Below are positions 9,967 through 19,326 of a stretch of 64,000 nt of DNA, piece after piece (the first letter of the stretch is position 1; the number at the start of each line of letters is the position of its first letter). Location: NCBI GenBank assembly GCA_944329205.1, contig CALVHY010000027.1:2636-66635 (forward strand), written 5' to 3'. This DNA is from an uncultured Bacilli bacterium. Its GTDB lineage: Bacteria; Bacillota_I; Bacilli_A; RF39; UBA660. Made by a program: the position numbers and the translations under genes. The notes under the pieces were generated by a model. That model had not been told where the DNA came from, searched no databases, and saw only the letters and a list, made by a program, of their open reading frames with translations.

Positions 9967-10962
9967 TTGAAAAAGAAAATCATTGCCCTTTTAATTACGC
10001 TTATATTAATAGTTATTATTATTATCACCGTAATTAAAGTAAGCAATAAAACGGAGGATAATAACAACTTAACCACCATTAAACTTGCCGAAGTAACTCA
10101 CAGTGTTTTTTATGCTCCCTTGTATGTAGCCATTGAAAATGGTTATTTCGAAAGTGAAGGAATTGAAATTGATCTCATCCTAACTTCTGGTGCTGACAAA
10201 GTAAGTGCTGCCGTCCTATCTGATACCGTTGATGTTGGTTTTGCAGGAACAGAATCATCTATTTACATTTATGCTGGTGGGGAAACTGATTATTTAGTAA
10301 CTTTTGCTGGCCTAACCAAAAGAGATGGTCAATTTATTTTAGCAAGAGATTGCTCTAATGACTTTGCTTTAACTGATCTTTATGGACATGAAATCCTTGT
10401 TGGTAGAAAAGGCGGAATGCCGGCAGTCAATTTCTTAAATGCCATGAAAAATGCCGGTATTAATGTTGAGGAAATAAATGTTAATTATGCCATTGATTTT
10501 GCTAGTTTATCTGGATCATTTATTGGCGGAATTGGTGATTATGTTAATTTATTTGAACCAACTGCCACTACCGTTGTAAATGTATCTGATGCCTGTATCG
10601 TTGAATCAATTGGTAAACTATCAGGTGAAGTACCATATACAGCTTTTTATGCTCGAAAAAGTTTCTTAGAAGATAATGAAGAATTACTAAAAGGCTTTAC
10701 TCGCGCTATTAATAAAGGACTTGATTATGTTTTAACTCATGATAGTATAGATACTGCCAATGTAATACTCCCTCAATTTCCTGATAGTGCTTTAAATGAT
10801 ATCATTACTATTATTGATAATTACAAAAAATATGATTCATGGTTATCTACCCCTTATATAACCGAAACAAGTTTTAATAATTTACAAGATATGTTAATTG
10901 CTAATGATTTACTAGAAGATTATGTCCCTTATAGTGATTTAATTAATAATTTATATGAATAA
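9967..10962 (+). CDS. ABC transporter substrate-binding protein, NMT1/THI5/SsuA-like
   Basis: TTG start with AAAGGAGGA RBS. N-terminal TM/lipid anchor. Periplasmic-binding fold similar to SsuA/ThiY/NMT1 (aliphatic sulfonate, nitrate or HMP-type). Confidence 0.75.
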   Translation: MKKKIIALLITLILIVIIIITVIKVSNKTEDNNNLTTIKLAEVTHSVFYAPLYVAIENGYFESEGIEIDLILTSGADKVSAAVLSDTVDVGFAGTESSIYIYAGGETDYLVTFAGLTKRDGQFILARDCSNDFALTDLYGHEILVGRKGGMPAVNFLNAMKNAGINVEEINVNYAIDFASLSGSFIGGIGDYVNLFEPTATTVVNVSDACIVESIGKLSGEVPYTAFYARKSFLEDNEELLKGFTRAINKGLDYVLTHDSIDTANVILPQFPDSALNDIITIIDNYKKYDSWLSTPYITETSFNNLQDMLIANDLLEDYVPYSDLINNLYE

Positions 10963-11701
10963 ATTATTAAGCATAACTAATTTATCTAAAAACTATTATC
11001 ATAAAAAAGAAGAAATAAGTGCTATAAAGGATATATCATTTTCATTATATGAAGGTGAATTTGTCTCAATTGTTGGCCCATCCGGTTGTGGTAAATCTAC
11101 CCTTTTAAATATTTTAACTAACATGGATACTAAAACCACAGGCAATATTAACTTAAAAGATAATTTAAAATTTGGTTACATGCTTCAAAGTGATTCCATG
11201 TTATCCTGGAAAAAAGTTCTTGATAATGCCCTATTAGGTCTTGAAATAAGAAAAGAAAAAACTAAAGAAAATATTGAATATGTCAAAAATTTATTTACGA
11301 AATATGGTTTAAAAGAGTTCATGAATAAATATCCCGATGAATTATCAGGAGGAATGCGTCAAAGAGTAGCATTAATTCGTACTTTAGCCTTAAAACCTGA
11401 TATCTTAATTTTAGATGAACCATTTTCAAAATTAGATTATCAATCAAGGTTAAAAGTAAGTGATGATGTCTATAAAATAATTAAAGAGGAAGGAAAAACA
11501 GCTTTAATGGTAACTCACGATCTTGCCGAGGCCATAAGTATTTCTGATCGTGTCATTGTCTTAAGTGATAGACCATGTATTATCAAAAATATATATCAAA
11601 TAAAAAGAGAAAAAGAAGGAACTCCTATTGAAAATCGAAAAGATAAAAACTTTGCTTATTATTACGATTTAATTTGGAAGGATCTTATGTTTCATGACTA
11701 A
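10955..11701 (+). CDS. ABC transporter ATP-binding protein
   Basis: Walker A GPSGCGKST, signature LSGGMRQR, Walker B ILILDEP. Confidence 0.9.
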   Translation: MNKLLSITNLSKNYYHKKEEISAIKDISFSLYEGEFVSIVGPSGCGKSTLLNILTNMDTKTTGNINLKDNLKFGYMLQSDSMLSWKKVLDNALLGLEIRKEKTKENIEYVKNLFTKYGLKEFMNKYPDELSGGMRQRVALIRTLALKPDILILDEPFSKLDYQSRLKVSDDVYKIIKEEGKTALMVTHDLAEAISISDRVIVLSDRPCIIKNIYQIKREKEGTPIENRKDKNFAYYYDLIWKDLMFHD

Positions 11702-12476
11702 GGAACATCAAAACTATTTAAAAAAAATAAAACGGGAAAAAATAATTGTTATTACTTTTCAAATATTAATATTAGTAGGTTTCTTAATATTATGGGAAAT
11801 TTTAAGCAAATATAAAATAATAAACCCTTTTATCTTTTCTTCTCCATCTAAAGTAATAGAAACTATCAAAAATCTTTATTTAAACTATAATTTAATTGGT
11901 CATATCCTCACAACTCTTTATGAAACTCTCATTGCTTTTATCCTTGGTATTTCACTAAGTTTTATTATAGCCATCATTCTCTATGAATTTAAAATATTAA
12001 ACAAAATAGTTGATCCCTATTTAACCATGTTAAATAGTCTCCCTAAAGTAGCCTTGGGACCTTTAATAATTATTATCGCTGGTGCTAATACTAAGTCCAT
12101 TATTGTCATGGCTTTATTAATCAATTTAATAGTTGGTATTATGAGTATTTATAATGGTTTTAATAACATTGATAAAGATTTAATCAAATTATTTAAAACC
12201 TTTAATGCTTCTCGCTTAGATACTTTATTTAAGCTAACTATACCTGCCTCTTATAAAACCATTATATCCAGTTTAAAACTAAACATATCAATGACATTAA
12301 TTGGTGTTATTATGGGTGAATTTTTAGTAAGTAAAAGTGGGCTTGGTTATTTAATTATTTATGGAACGCAAGTATTTAATTTAGACATGGTTATGAGTGG
12401 TATTGTCATATTAATTGTTATTTCATTTATTCTATATAAAATTATTACTTATATCGAAAAAAAATTATTAAAGTAA
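11694..12476 (+). CDS. ABC transporter permease (SsuC/TauC/ThiX-like)
   Basis: 260 aa, about 6 TM, overlapping start with the ATPase gene. Binding-protein-dependent inner-membrane component. Confidence 0.85.
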   Translation: MTKEHQNYLKKIKREKIIVITFQILILVGFLILWEILSKYKIINPFIFSSPSKVIETIKNLYLNYNLIGHILTTLYETLIAFILGISLSFIIAIILYEFKILNKIVDPYLTMLNSLPKVALGPLIIIIAGANTKSIIVMALLINLIVGIMSIYNGFNNIDKDLIKLFKTFNASRLDTLFKLTIPASYKTIISSLKLNISMTLIGVIMGEFLVSKSGLGYLIIYGTQVFNLDMVMSGIVILIVISFILYKIITYIEKKLLK

Positions 12477-12516
12477 AGACATCTTTAAAAAAACAAGATG
12501 TCTTTACTTTTATATT
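12474..12516. terminator. bidirectional terminator
   Basis: AAAGACATCTT-taaaaaaac-AAGATGTCTTT followed by a T-rich run; A-run on the other side. Confidence 0.65.
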
Positions 12517-12524
12517 TTATTTAA

Positions 12525-13409
12525 CTAAATCTCATAAACTTTATTAATGAGTAACTCCGTAATATCACTATCACCAACTAAAGTAATCGAAAATGTTTTA
12601 TAACCAATTCTATTAATACTAGCCCCACAATGATAGACAACCCTTCTATCTAATATAAAATATCTATCATGAAATGTATTATCATATTTTACAGTTAAAT
12701 TATGATACTGTCTGCTATACTTCTCTAAGTCTTGTTTGGGGAGTAAATTATTAGGTTTAGTTATAATAGTTACCTTAATATTCAATCTTTTTATGATATC
12801 AAGTAAGGTATTATCGGCATAAGAATCAATAATGATTAGTTCTTCTTTGGCACTCTTAAAAATATCTAATATCTTAGAGTAAGCATCATATATTTGACCA
12901 TCAAAATAAATTTCATGTATTTTTCTTTTTTCTTCAAATTTATGAAATGTATCTTCAAGCACGTTTATTCTATGATGGTCTTCTAACACTAAATCATAAA
13001 GATTTTGATGTTCTATTAAATTATTCGATATATATTTACGTATTAAAACAAAAGCATCCATAATAGCAATACTTACTTGTGTTGCTACTTTAGATCTTAG
13101 TATTGTTGCAAGCATTGCAACACCTTGCTCTGTAAATACTCTAGGCAAATATTTCCGATAATGTCCTTTACCTATCCCATTATTTTCTAAGGTCGAAAAT
13201 TTCGACCTTAGAAAAAGTCATTCATCCACTGTTAAAACAAAGCTAAATCTTTCCGGAAATTTATCTTGATTATTTTTTACTGCTTCATTAATTCTTTTTG
13301 TTTCTACTTGATAAAGTCTTGCTAAATCACTATCAAGCATTACTTGTTTTCCTCTTATCTCATAAATTAAATTTTCTATTTTTTCTTCATTTATAATAGT
13401 ATTATTCAC
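12525..13409 (-). pseudogene. disrupted copy of ORF6N-domain (phage antirepressor-like) gene
   Basis: ORF 13218..13409 encodes only the ORF6N N-terminus (IENLIYEIRGKQVMLDSDLARLY...). ORF 12525..13148 encodes the remaining C-terminal 207 aa. Together they are collinear with the intact 301-aa gene at 14984..15889 but interrupted between 13149 and 13217. Confidence 0.7.
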
Positions 13410-13439
13410 TTTAAACCTCCTATTTTTTTACCAAATCTA

Positions 13440-13860
13440 TTAAATTACTAGACATATATTTACGCATTCAAACAAAAGCATCCATAATAGCAATACTTAC
13501 TTGTATTGCTACCTTACTTCTTAAAATTGCTGATAACATTGCAACACCTTGCTCGGGCATATGGTAAATACTTAATATTATGGCCCTGTCCTTTCAAGGT
13601 TCCAGATTGAAACCTTGAAATACTACTTGCTTCTTCAATCGTTAATTGAAACATATATCTTTTGAAAATCTATTAACATGCCTTTTTACTGCTAAGTTAA
13701 TAGTTTTTGTTCCATTGGCGCATTTATAAAGTTTTGCTAAATCACTATCAAGTATTTCTTGCTTCCTTCTTATCTTATTTTCTATATTTACTTTCATAAC
13801 CACTCCTGATTTTCAAGAATATTATACCAAACTATTGTACGAAAATCAAGAAAATTATAT
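13440..13860 (-). repeat. highly decayed third copy of the ORF6N-family gene plus its upstream region
   Basis: 13450-13560 is similar to 15490-15600 (central coding part). 13690-13800 is similar to 15770-15895 (ORF6N N-terminus). 13830-13860 is similar to 15955-15985 (shared upstream motif ATTGTACGAAAATCAA). No intact ORF. Confidence 0.6.
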
Positions 13861-13907
13861 AATAAGCAAAAAAAAATTAGCTTTTAAAACTAATTTACAA
13901 TCTTATG

Positions 13908-14942
13908 CTATTTTAACTCAAAACGAATAGTTCCTTTTCCATCTTTAGAAGTTATTGTTGCATACGCTCCATTAATAATGGTCATTCTTGGAGGAACATG
14001 GCCAAAATCAGCATCCAGTATAATGGGAATGTTTGTATCCTTCATTACCCTTTTAACAGCACTCTTCAGCGTAAGTCCCGAATTACTTACACAACAGGCA
14101 CTTCTACCAAATATAATTCCTTTAGAGTATTGAAACCAGCCATTATCTTTAAACTTCCACAGTGTTCTTACCAAGTCTTCCATCGATAACTCACAATTAT
14201 CAAAATACCAAATAATTCCATCATCTTTATATTTTTTGATAAACTCTTTGGTTTTATCAAAACGGGTCCCAAAAAGTTCAGTTATAATATCGATACAACC
14301 GCCAATCATTCGTCCTTTCATTTCAATTTTTTCTTCATCATTTAAGTTCTTCCAATAAACAGGTGTGTCTAAATGATATTCTTCTAAACCCGTAATTTCT
14401 TCTTTTCCCATACTTTCATAATAATCAAAACTATTTTGTTCAAGAATATTTCCTTCTAAAATATCCCAATTATTTTCCAATGATTCATGCCAATGATCCA
14501 TTCCAAATCCAGCAAAATTATGTCACTAAATCGTTGCTATATCCAGGTTTGTTGTAATGGTAAATAATAACCCTGTTGGATCCGAATACCCTTGTAACCA
14601 CTTAATGTTTTCTTTAACAACCGAAAAATCAAAATAAGGTAACATTTCAAGTAAAAACTCCCCACCAGTCGCACATATAATAGCCCTAACCTCTTTATCT
14701 TGATATAAACTTGCTAGTTCTTGTGCTCTTGTCTTAGCATCACTACTAGCATAATCTTCATTCGTTCGAACATGCTTTGTTTCTATTACTCGATAACCTT
14801 TATCATGAACCATCTTTATAGCATGATTAAGACGATTCACTTTCGCTTCTCTTATAATACCACTTGAAGGAGCACAAACCCCAATTGTATCTCCTTTTTT
14901 TATGAACTTTGGATAAATCACACAATCACTTCCTACCATCAT
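13908..14942 (-). pseudogene. LD-carboxypeptidase (peptidase S66, LdcA/MccF-like) interrupted by in-frame TAG-TGA
   Basis: N-terminal ORF (14526..14942) carries the GDTIGVCAPSS...ICATGG...GYSDPT motifs. C-terminal ORF (13908..14501) carries DFGHVPP. Both are in the same frame, separated by consecutive TAG TGA codons at 14528-14523. Confidence 0.7.
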
Positions 14943-14979
14943 TTTATCATTTTTCCTAATAAAAGAGCAAGAATTATCT
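14943..14979. repeat. 37-nt direct repeat, copy 1 (TTTATCATTTTTCCTAATAAAAGAGCAAGAATTATCT)
   Basis: Matches 16083-16119 with two differences. Brackets the intact ORF6N gene unit. Confidence 0.7.
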
Positions 14980-14983
14980 TATT

Positions 14984-15889
14984 TTATTTCACCCTCAAAT
15001 TTCTTGTTGCACTTTTTTTCAAGAAAACTTTGTCAATCAATAGTTGCCCCACATCATCATCTCCAACTAAAGTAATAGAAAACGTTTTATAACCAATTCG
15101 GTTAATACTGGCCCCACAATGATATACAGTATCGTTATCAAGTATAAAATATCTATCATGAAATGTATTATCATATTTTACAGTTAAATTATAATACTGT
15201 TTGTTATACTTTTCTAAGTCTTGTTTGGTAAGTAAATTGTTTGGTTTGGTGATAATAGTTACTTTAACATTCAATCTCTTTATTATATCAAGTAGTGTAT
15301 TATCTGCATAAGAATCTATGATTATCAGTTCATTTTTAGCACTCTTAAAAATATCTAATATCTTAGAATACGCATCATAAATCTGACCGTCAAAATAAAT
15401 TTCACTGTCTTTTCTTTTTTCTTCAAGCTTTTGAAATGATTCTTCTAATACTTGGATTTTATCATGGTCTTCTAATACTAGATTATTAATATATTTTTGC
15501 TCTATTAAATTAGCTCCCACAAACTTACGCATCAAAACAAAAGCATTCATAATATCAATGCTTACCTTTATTGCAACTTCACTATTTAAAATTGCTGATA
15601 ACATGGCTACACCTTGTTCCGTAAATACATATGGTGGACGCCTTAATCCTATTTTGTCATTATCGGACATCACATTTTGTGACCTCCAATTTAAAAATTC
15701 TTTTTTATTTAATTGAAAACAAAATTCCTCAGGAAATCTTTCTATATTTCTTTTTAACTTTTGAACAAGCACTCTTGTTTCTATTTTATAAAGTCTTGCT
15801 AAATCCCTATCAAGCATTACTTGTTTACCACGTATTTCATAAATTAAATTCTCAATTCTCTCATTATTTTTTAAAACAATATTATCCAT
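14984..15889 (-). CDS. ORF6N-domain protein (phage antirepressor/KilA-N-related), intact copy
   Basis: 301 aa. N-terminus IENLIYEIRGKQVMLDRDLARLYKIETRVL...RFPEEF is the ORF6N signature. C-terminal roughly 180 aa are conserved with the fragmented copies. Confidence 0.7.
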   Translation of the reverse strand: MDNIVLKNNERIENLIYEIRGKQVMLDRDLARLYKIETRVLVQKLKRNIERFPEEFCFQLNKKEFLNWRSQNVMSDNDKIGLRRPPYVFTEQGVAMLSAILNSEVAIKVSIDIMNAFVLMRKFVGANLIEQKYINNLVLEDHDKIQVLEESFQKLEEKRKDSEIYFDGQIYDAYSKILDIFKSAKNELIIIDSYADNTLLDIIKRLNVKVTIITKPNNLLTKQDLEKYNKQYYNLTVKYDNTFHDRYFILDNDTVYHCGASINRIGYKTFSITLVGDDDVGQLLIDKVFLKKSATRNLRVK

Positions 15890-16082
15890 TCAAAACCTCC
15901 TACATAAAAAATTAAAATACTAATCATACTCCATATTTTTTATACAAAAATATTATAGCAAACAATTGTACGAAAATCAATAATAATTAATCAAAAAAAT
16001 GATTAATCGATTAATACTAATTACCTTTTGCATAAGTAAATCAAAAAACCGAATTCACACGCTTTTTAAATTACAACTAAAG

Positions 16083-16119
16083 TTTATCATTTTCCATAAT
16101 AAAAGAGCAAGAATTATCT
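16083..16119. repeat. 37-nt direct repeat, copy 2
   Basis: TTTATCATTTTCCATAATAAAAGAGCAAGAATTATCT, matching 14943-14979. Confidence 0.7.
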
Positions 16120-16257
16120 CCTGCTCCTAAGTGAATAAATAAAATAAATATAACAAAGAAAAAAGACTAAAGCAACTGCTAAAAGAATAATTGCCAACAC
16201 AAATTTTTCCTGAAATAATATAATTTCAAAATAAGTTTACATCAATCAATTCTGACA

Positions 16258-16791
16258 TTACACTTTACTAACTTGATAAACTTCTACTTCAACTGGTGTT
16301 TCTTGACCAAATAAATCGATTAAAACATTTAAACGGTTATTCTCTAAGTCTATGGAATCAACTTTACCCATCATACCTTTAAATGGGCCATCAATAATAC
16401 TAACCTTATCACCAACGGCCATTTCTGATTCAATATTAACCCGGCTCATACCCATACCAGCAAGTATTTTATCAATTTCGGAAGGAAGTAGAGGTGTAGG
16501 TTTCGCACCCTTACCACTAGATCCAATAAATCCTGTTACACCAGGTGTATTTCGCACAATGTACCATGCCTCATCACTCATAATCATTTCAACTAGAACA
16601 TATCCTGGAAACATTTTTTTCTTTTTTTCTTTTTTTTGGCCATCTTTTACTTCAACCTCAGTTGTTTCGGGAACAATAACTCTAAAAATATAATCTTGCA
16701 TTCCCATTGATTCAGTTCTAGCTTCTAATTTTTCTTTTACTTTTGATTCATGACCCGAATAAGTATTAACAACATACCACTCTTTTTCCAT
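16258..16791 (-). CDS. nusG: Transcription termination/antitermination factor NusG
   Basis: NGN domain (EKEWYVVNTYSGHE) and C-terminal KOW (GDKVSIIDGPFKGMMGKV). Overlaps the secE stop. Confidence 0.9.
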   Translation of the reverse strand: MEKEWYVVNTYSGHESKVKEKLEARTESMGMQDYIFRVIVPETTEVEVKDGQKKEKKKKMFPGYVLVEMIMSDEAWYIVRNTPGVTGFIGSSGKGAKPTPLLPSEIDKILAGMGMSRVNIESEMAVGDKVSIIDGPFKGMMGKVDSIDLENNRLNVLIDLFGQETPVEVEVYQVSKV

Positions 16792-17051
16792 TAGTTAAAA
16801 GCCCCCTTTACTAAAGACATAATTAAACTAATAATCACAAAGAATATAACAAGAAAAATAATAAACACCAAAGTTGCAATCGTATATTTAAGCACATCTT
16901 TTTTTTCAGGCCATTTAACTTTTGCCAGTTCGGCCTTTACCCCCTCAAAAAAAGTTTCTTTTTTACTTTTAGCTTTTTTCATGGTTTTACCATCTTTTTT
17001 TTCTATTTTCTTTTTCCCCTTTTTAACATCTTTTTCTTCTGTTTTCTTCAT
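16791..17051 (-). CDS. secE: Preprotein translocase subunit SecE
   Basis: Small Lys-rich N-terminus, single C-terminal TM, conserved KVKWP motif. Position immediately upstream of nusG. AGAGGGGA RBS. Confidence 0.7.
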   Translation of the reverse strand: MKKTEEKDVKKGKKKIEKKDGKTMKKAKSKKETFFEGVKAELAKVKWPEKKDVLKYTIATLVFIIFLVIFFVIISLIMSLVKGAFN

Positions 17052-17151
17052 ATTAATTCCCCTCTAAATTAAAGTATTTAAAAAAACACTTTCGTGTCAC
17101 CTATAATTTACCACAATTAAAACCAAATTTCAAGTATAACTTAAATCTTTT

Positions 17152-17928
17152 TTATTTATCTAAAAAATATCCTCCCCCTATTCCCATTATTAACATTAAT
17201 CCTGTTGAAAAGCTAATATTTTCTCTCACCCTTAAAAATAGCAATCCCATAGATGCTACCGCTAAAGCTAAAATCACCATGTTAACTTCTTTTCTTCTTT
17301 TCCTAAGTAAATAACTCATTAAATAACAAGTTAAGATTATCCCCAATATCATACCTAACCCATAAAGATAAAACAAAAAGGAAAAAGGATTACCAAGCAC
17401 CATTAATATAAATTCATAGCTACCCATCATCATAAATATCGCCGTTCCACTTATACCTGGTACAATTGAAGAAAAGGCATCAATTCCTCCCAACAAAACA
17501 ACATAAAGATAACTAAAAAAATTATTTTGAAACACATACAAACTATTATTTTGAAAAAAGTTAAGTAAAAAGACCAAACTAAAAGTAATGCTAAAAATAA
17601 TAATATTCTTTTTACTAAAACAAACCTTTTTTCCAAACTTAATAGTCGTCCCCAAAATAAGTCCTAAAAATAAATAAATAGTCATGTAATAATAATTATT
17701 AAGTAAAAACAAAATAACCTTGCTAAACAAAACTACAGCTAAAAAAACACCCATCAAAAAATTAACAAGCATTTTAAAATGTTTCTTTTTATCATCAAAA
17801 AATCTAGTTACCGCTTCCATCAAAGGTTCGTAAATCCCCATAAACACGGCCAGCATAGACCCACTTACCCCGGGAATAATTTTACCTACTCCTACCACAA
17901 AACCTTTTATGATTAATTTAAGATTCAT
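17152..17928 (-). CDS. DUF368-family membrane protein (PopT-like putative undecaprenyl-phosphate translocase)
   Basis: Two copies of the G-x-x-PG-(V/I)S-G-(S/T) motif (IPGVSGS, VPGISGT) in a polytopic membrane protein. Confidence 0.7.
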   Translation of the reverse strand: MNLKLIIKGFVVGVGKIIPGVSGSMLAVFMGIYEPLMEAVTRFFDDKKKHFKMLVNFLMGVFLAVVLFSKVILFLLNNYYYMTIYLFLGLILGTTIKFGKKVCFSKKNIIIFSITFSLVFLLNFFQNNSLYVFQNNFFSYLYVVLLGGIDAFSSIVPGISGTAIFMMMGSYEFILMVLGNPFSFLFYLYGLGMILGIILTCYLMSYLLRKRRKEVNMVILALAVASMGLLFLRVRENISFSTGLMLIMGIGGGYFLDK

Positions 17929-17980
17929 CGAACCACCTATTTAAATATATGAAAAAAAGATTAATTTTTAGAACTAATCT

Positions 17981-18439
17981 TTAATCAACAATCATAACCA
18001 CTTCAAGTACACAAATAATAATCGTTATAATGCTTAAAACTAATCCCGCCGTATTAGCTCCATTCTTAATCTTTCCCCGACTAGCAAGAGCTAAAATAAA
18101 TCCGATTATTGCTAAAACCGCTGGTAAAAAGACAATCATAACTGCCGCAATCGCATTAGCAGCCTCAATCGTATTAGCATAATACAAACTATCATAAAAA
18201 TCATATTCATAGCTAACATATGTAGCATACCCTAAAGCTATAAACAAGGTAAAAATACTAAAAATAATACCCAATATTCCTAAAACCATACTTGCCGTTG
18301 CTAAACCTCTACCTTCGGTTTTTACCATTACCGCTTGCTTAGGTACCGACACATCTTCCGCTCTTTTTAAAGCATTTCCACATTTAGCACAAAAAACAGC
18401 ATCATCTTGCACCTTCTCGCCACAATTTGCACAATACAT
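17981..18439 (-). CDS. zinc-ribbon domain membrane protein
   Basis: N-terminal CxxC...CxxC (YCANCGEKV...FCAKCGNAL) followed by three TM helices. Confidence 0.5.
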   Translation of the reverse strand: MYCANCGEKVQDDAVFCAKCGNALKRAEDVSVPKQAVMVKTEGRGLATASMVLGILGIIFSIFTLFIALGYATYVSYEYDFYDSLYYANTIEAANAIAAVMIVFLPAVLAIIGFILALASRGKIKNGANTAGLVLSIITIIICVLEVVMIVD

Positions 18440-18502
18440 ATAACTTCAACTCCTTCTTTATTAATATATCATACAAACCTCTAAAAAACAACACACCAAA
18501 CT

Positions 18503-18540
18503 TTATTTTAAAAAAAAAGAAGACTAACAACATCTTCTTT
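18503..18540 (-). terminator. Rho-independent terminator after the CotD-like gene
   Basis: Minus strand AAGAAGATGTTGTTAGTCTTCTT hairpin (7-bp stem) followed by T9. Confidence 0.55.
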
Positions 18541-18865
18541 CATAAACATTTTGAACTTCATTTTCTTCACAACAAGAATAAGCTGGCATATAAGTATGAC
18601 GATAAATATGATGATTAATAATTCTTGTATTACAAGGAATAATATGGGGAACTTCATGGCAAATATATCGATGGCACACGGTTTCCCTTGGACATTCATA
18701 AACCGGTGGACAAACCACACCAGGCATAGCCTCTCCCATCATATTAGGCATGAAGCAAGCCCCATCCCAATTTCCTTCTTCTCCAGTCTTATGTTCTTGA
18801 TTGAAATATCCTTCCATTTTCATTGATTCATAATCACGATTATTATTTACTTTCAAGATAATCAC
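18524..18865 (-). CDS. spore coat protein CotD-like
   Basis: 113 aa, His/Cys/Pro-rich. The segment VPHIIPCNTRIINHHIYRHTYMP resembles the CotD family block (V-P-H-I-x-P-x-x-T-x-V-N-H-x...H-x-Y-x-P). Confidence 0.5.
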   Translation of the reverse strand: MIILKVNNNRDYESMKMEGYFNQEHKTGEEGNWDGACFMPNMMGEAMPGVVCPPVYECPRETVCHRYICHEVPHIIPCNTRIINHHIYRHTYMPAYSCCEENEVQNVYERRCC

Positions 18866-18915
18866 TTTCCCTTTCTAGTTTATCTTATGACAAGCAATTA
18901 ATCGTGCATAGGTTT

Positions 18916-19317
18916 TTATCCCAATTTTTTCTGCCTATTTGTAAGAATTTGATTCAACACACAAACTCCAAAATTAATAAATAAACCATAATAAAAAGTA
19001 CTAACTAAAACTAAAAAAGCTATTGTTGTTAAAATTTCGCTAGGTATAATGATTATTAAAATAACCGGTGCTATAGCCCCTATTACAATATTTGCTATTA
19101 CTACATAATAAATATATCTCTTCCCCTTCATATCAAGCTTCATAAATATAAACCTAATTAAAATATAAAAAACAAAAGCCACTAAAGCCAAGGAAAGAAA
19201 ATGAACAATTAAATCAAGAACTTGATTAGTAATTTCTACACTTCCAACTAATACCATTAAAAATGTATAAAAAACTAGTTCAAATAAAGCTGCTAAAACG
19301 ATAACTACTTTCTTCAT
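18916..19317 (-). CDS. small membrane protein (133 aa, 4 TM)
   Basis: Hydrophobic ORF immediately downstream of ffh in the same orientation. Confidence 0.4.
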   Translation of the reverse strand: MKKVVIVLAALFELVFYTFLMVLVGSVEITNQVLDLIVHFLSLALVAFVFYILIRFIFMKLDMKGKRYIYYVVIANIVIGAIAPVILIIIIPSEILTTIAFLVLVSTFYYGLFINFGVCVLNQILTNRQKKLG

Positions 19318-19326
19318 TAACCCTCC

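Noticed and set aside
13908-14942. Stop-codon reassignment or programmed readthrough explaining the split ldcA
   Set aside because: The TAG is immediately followed by an in-frame TGA. TAG also terminates polA and other genes, so a genuine nonsense lesion or a sequencing error is the simpler explanation.
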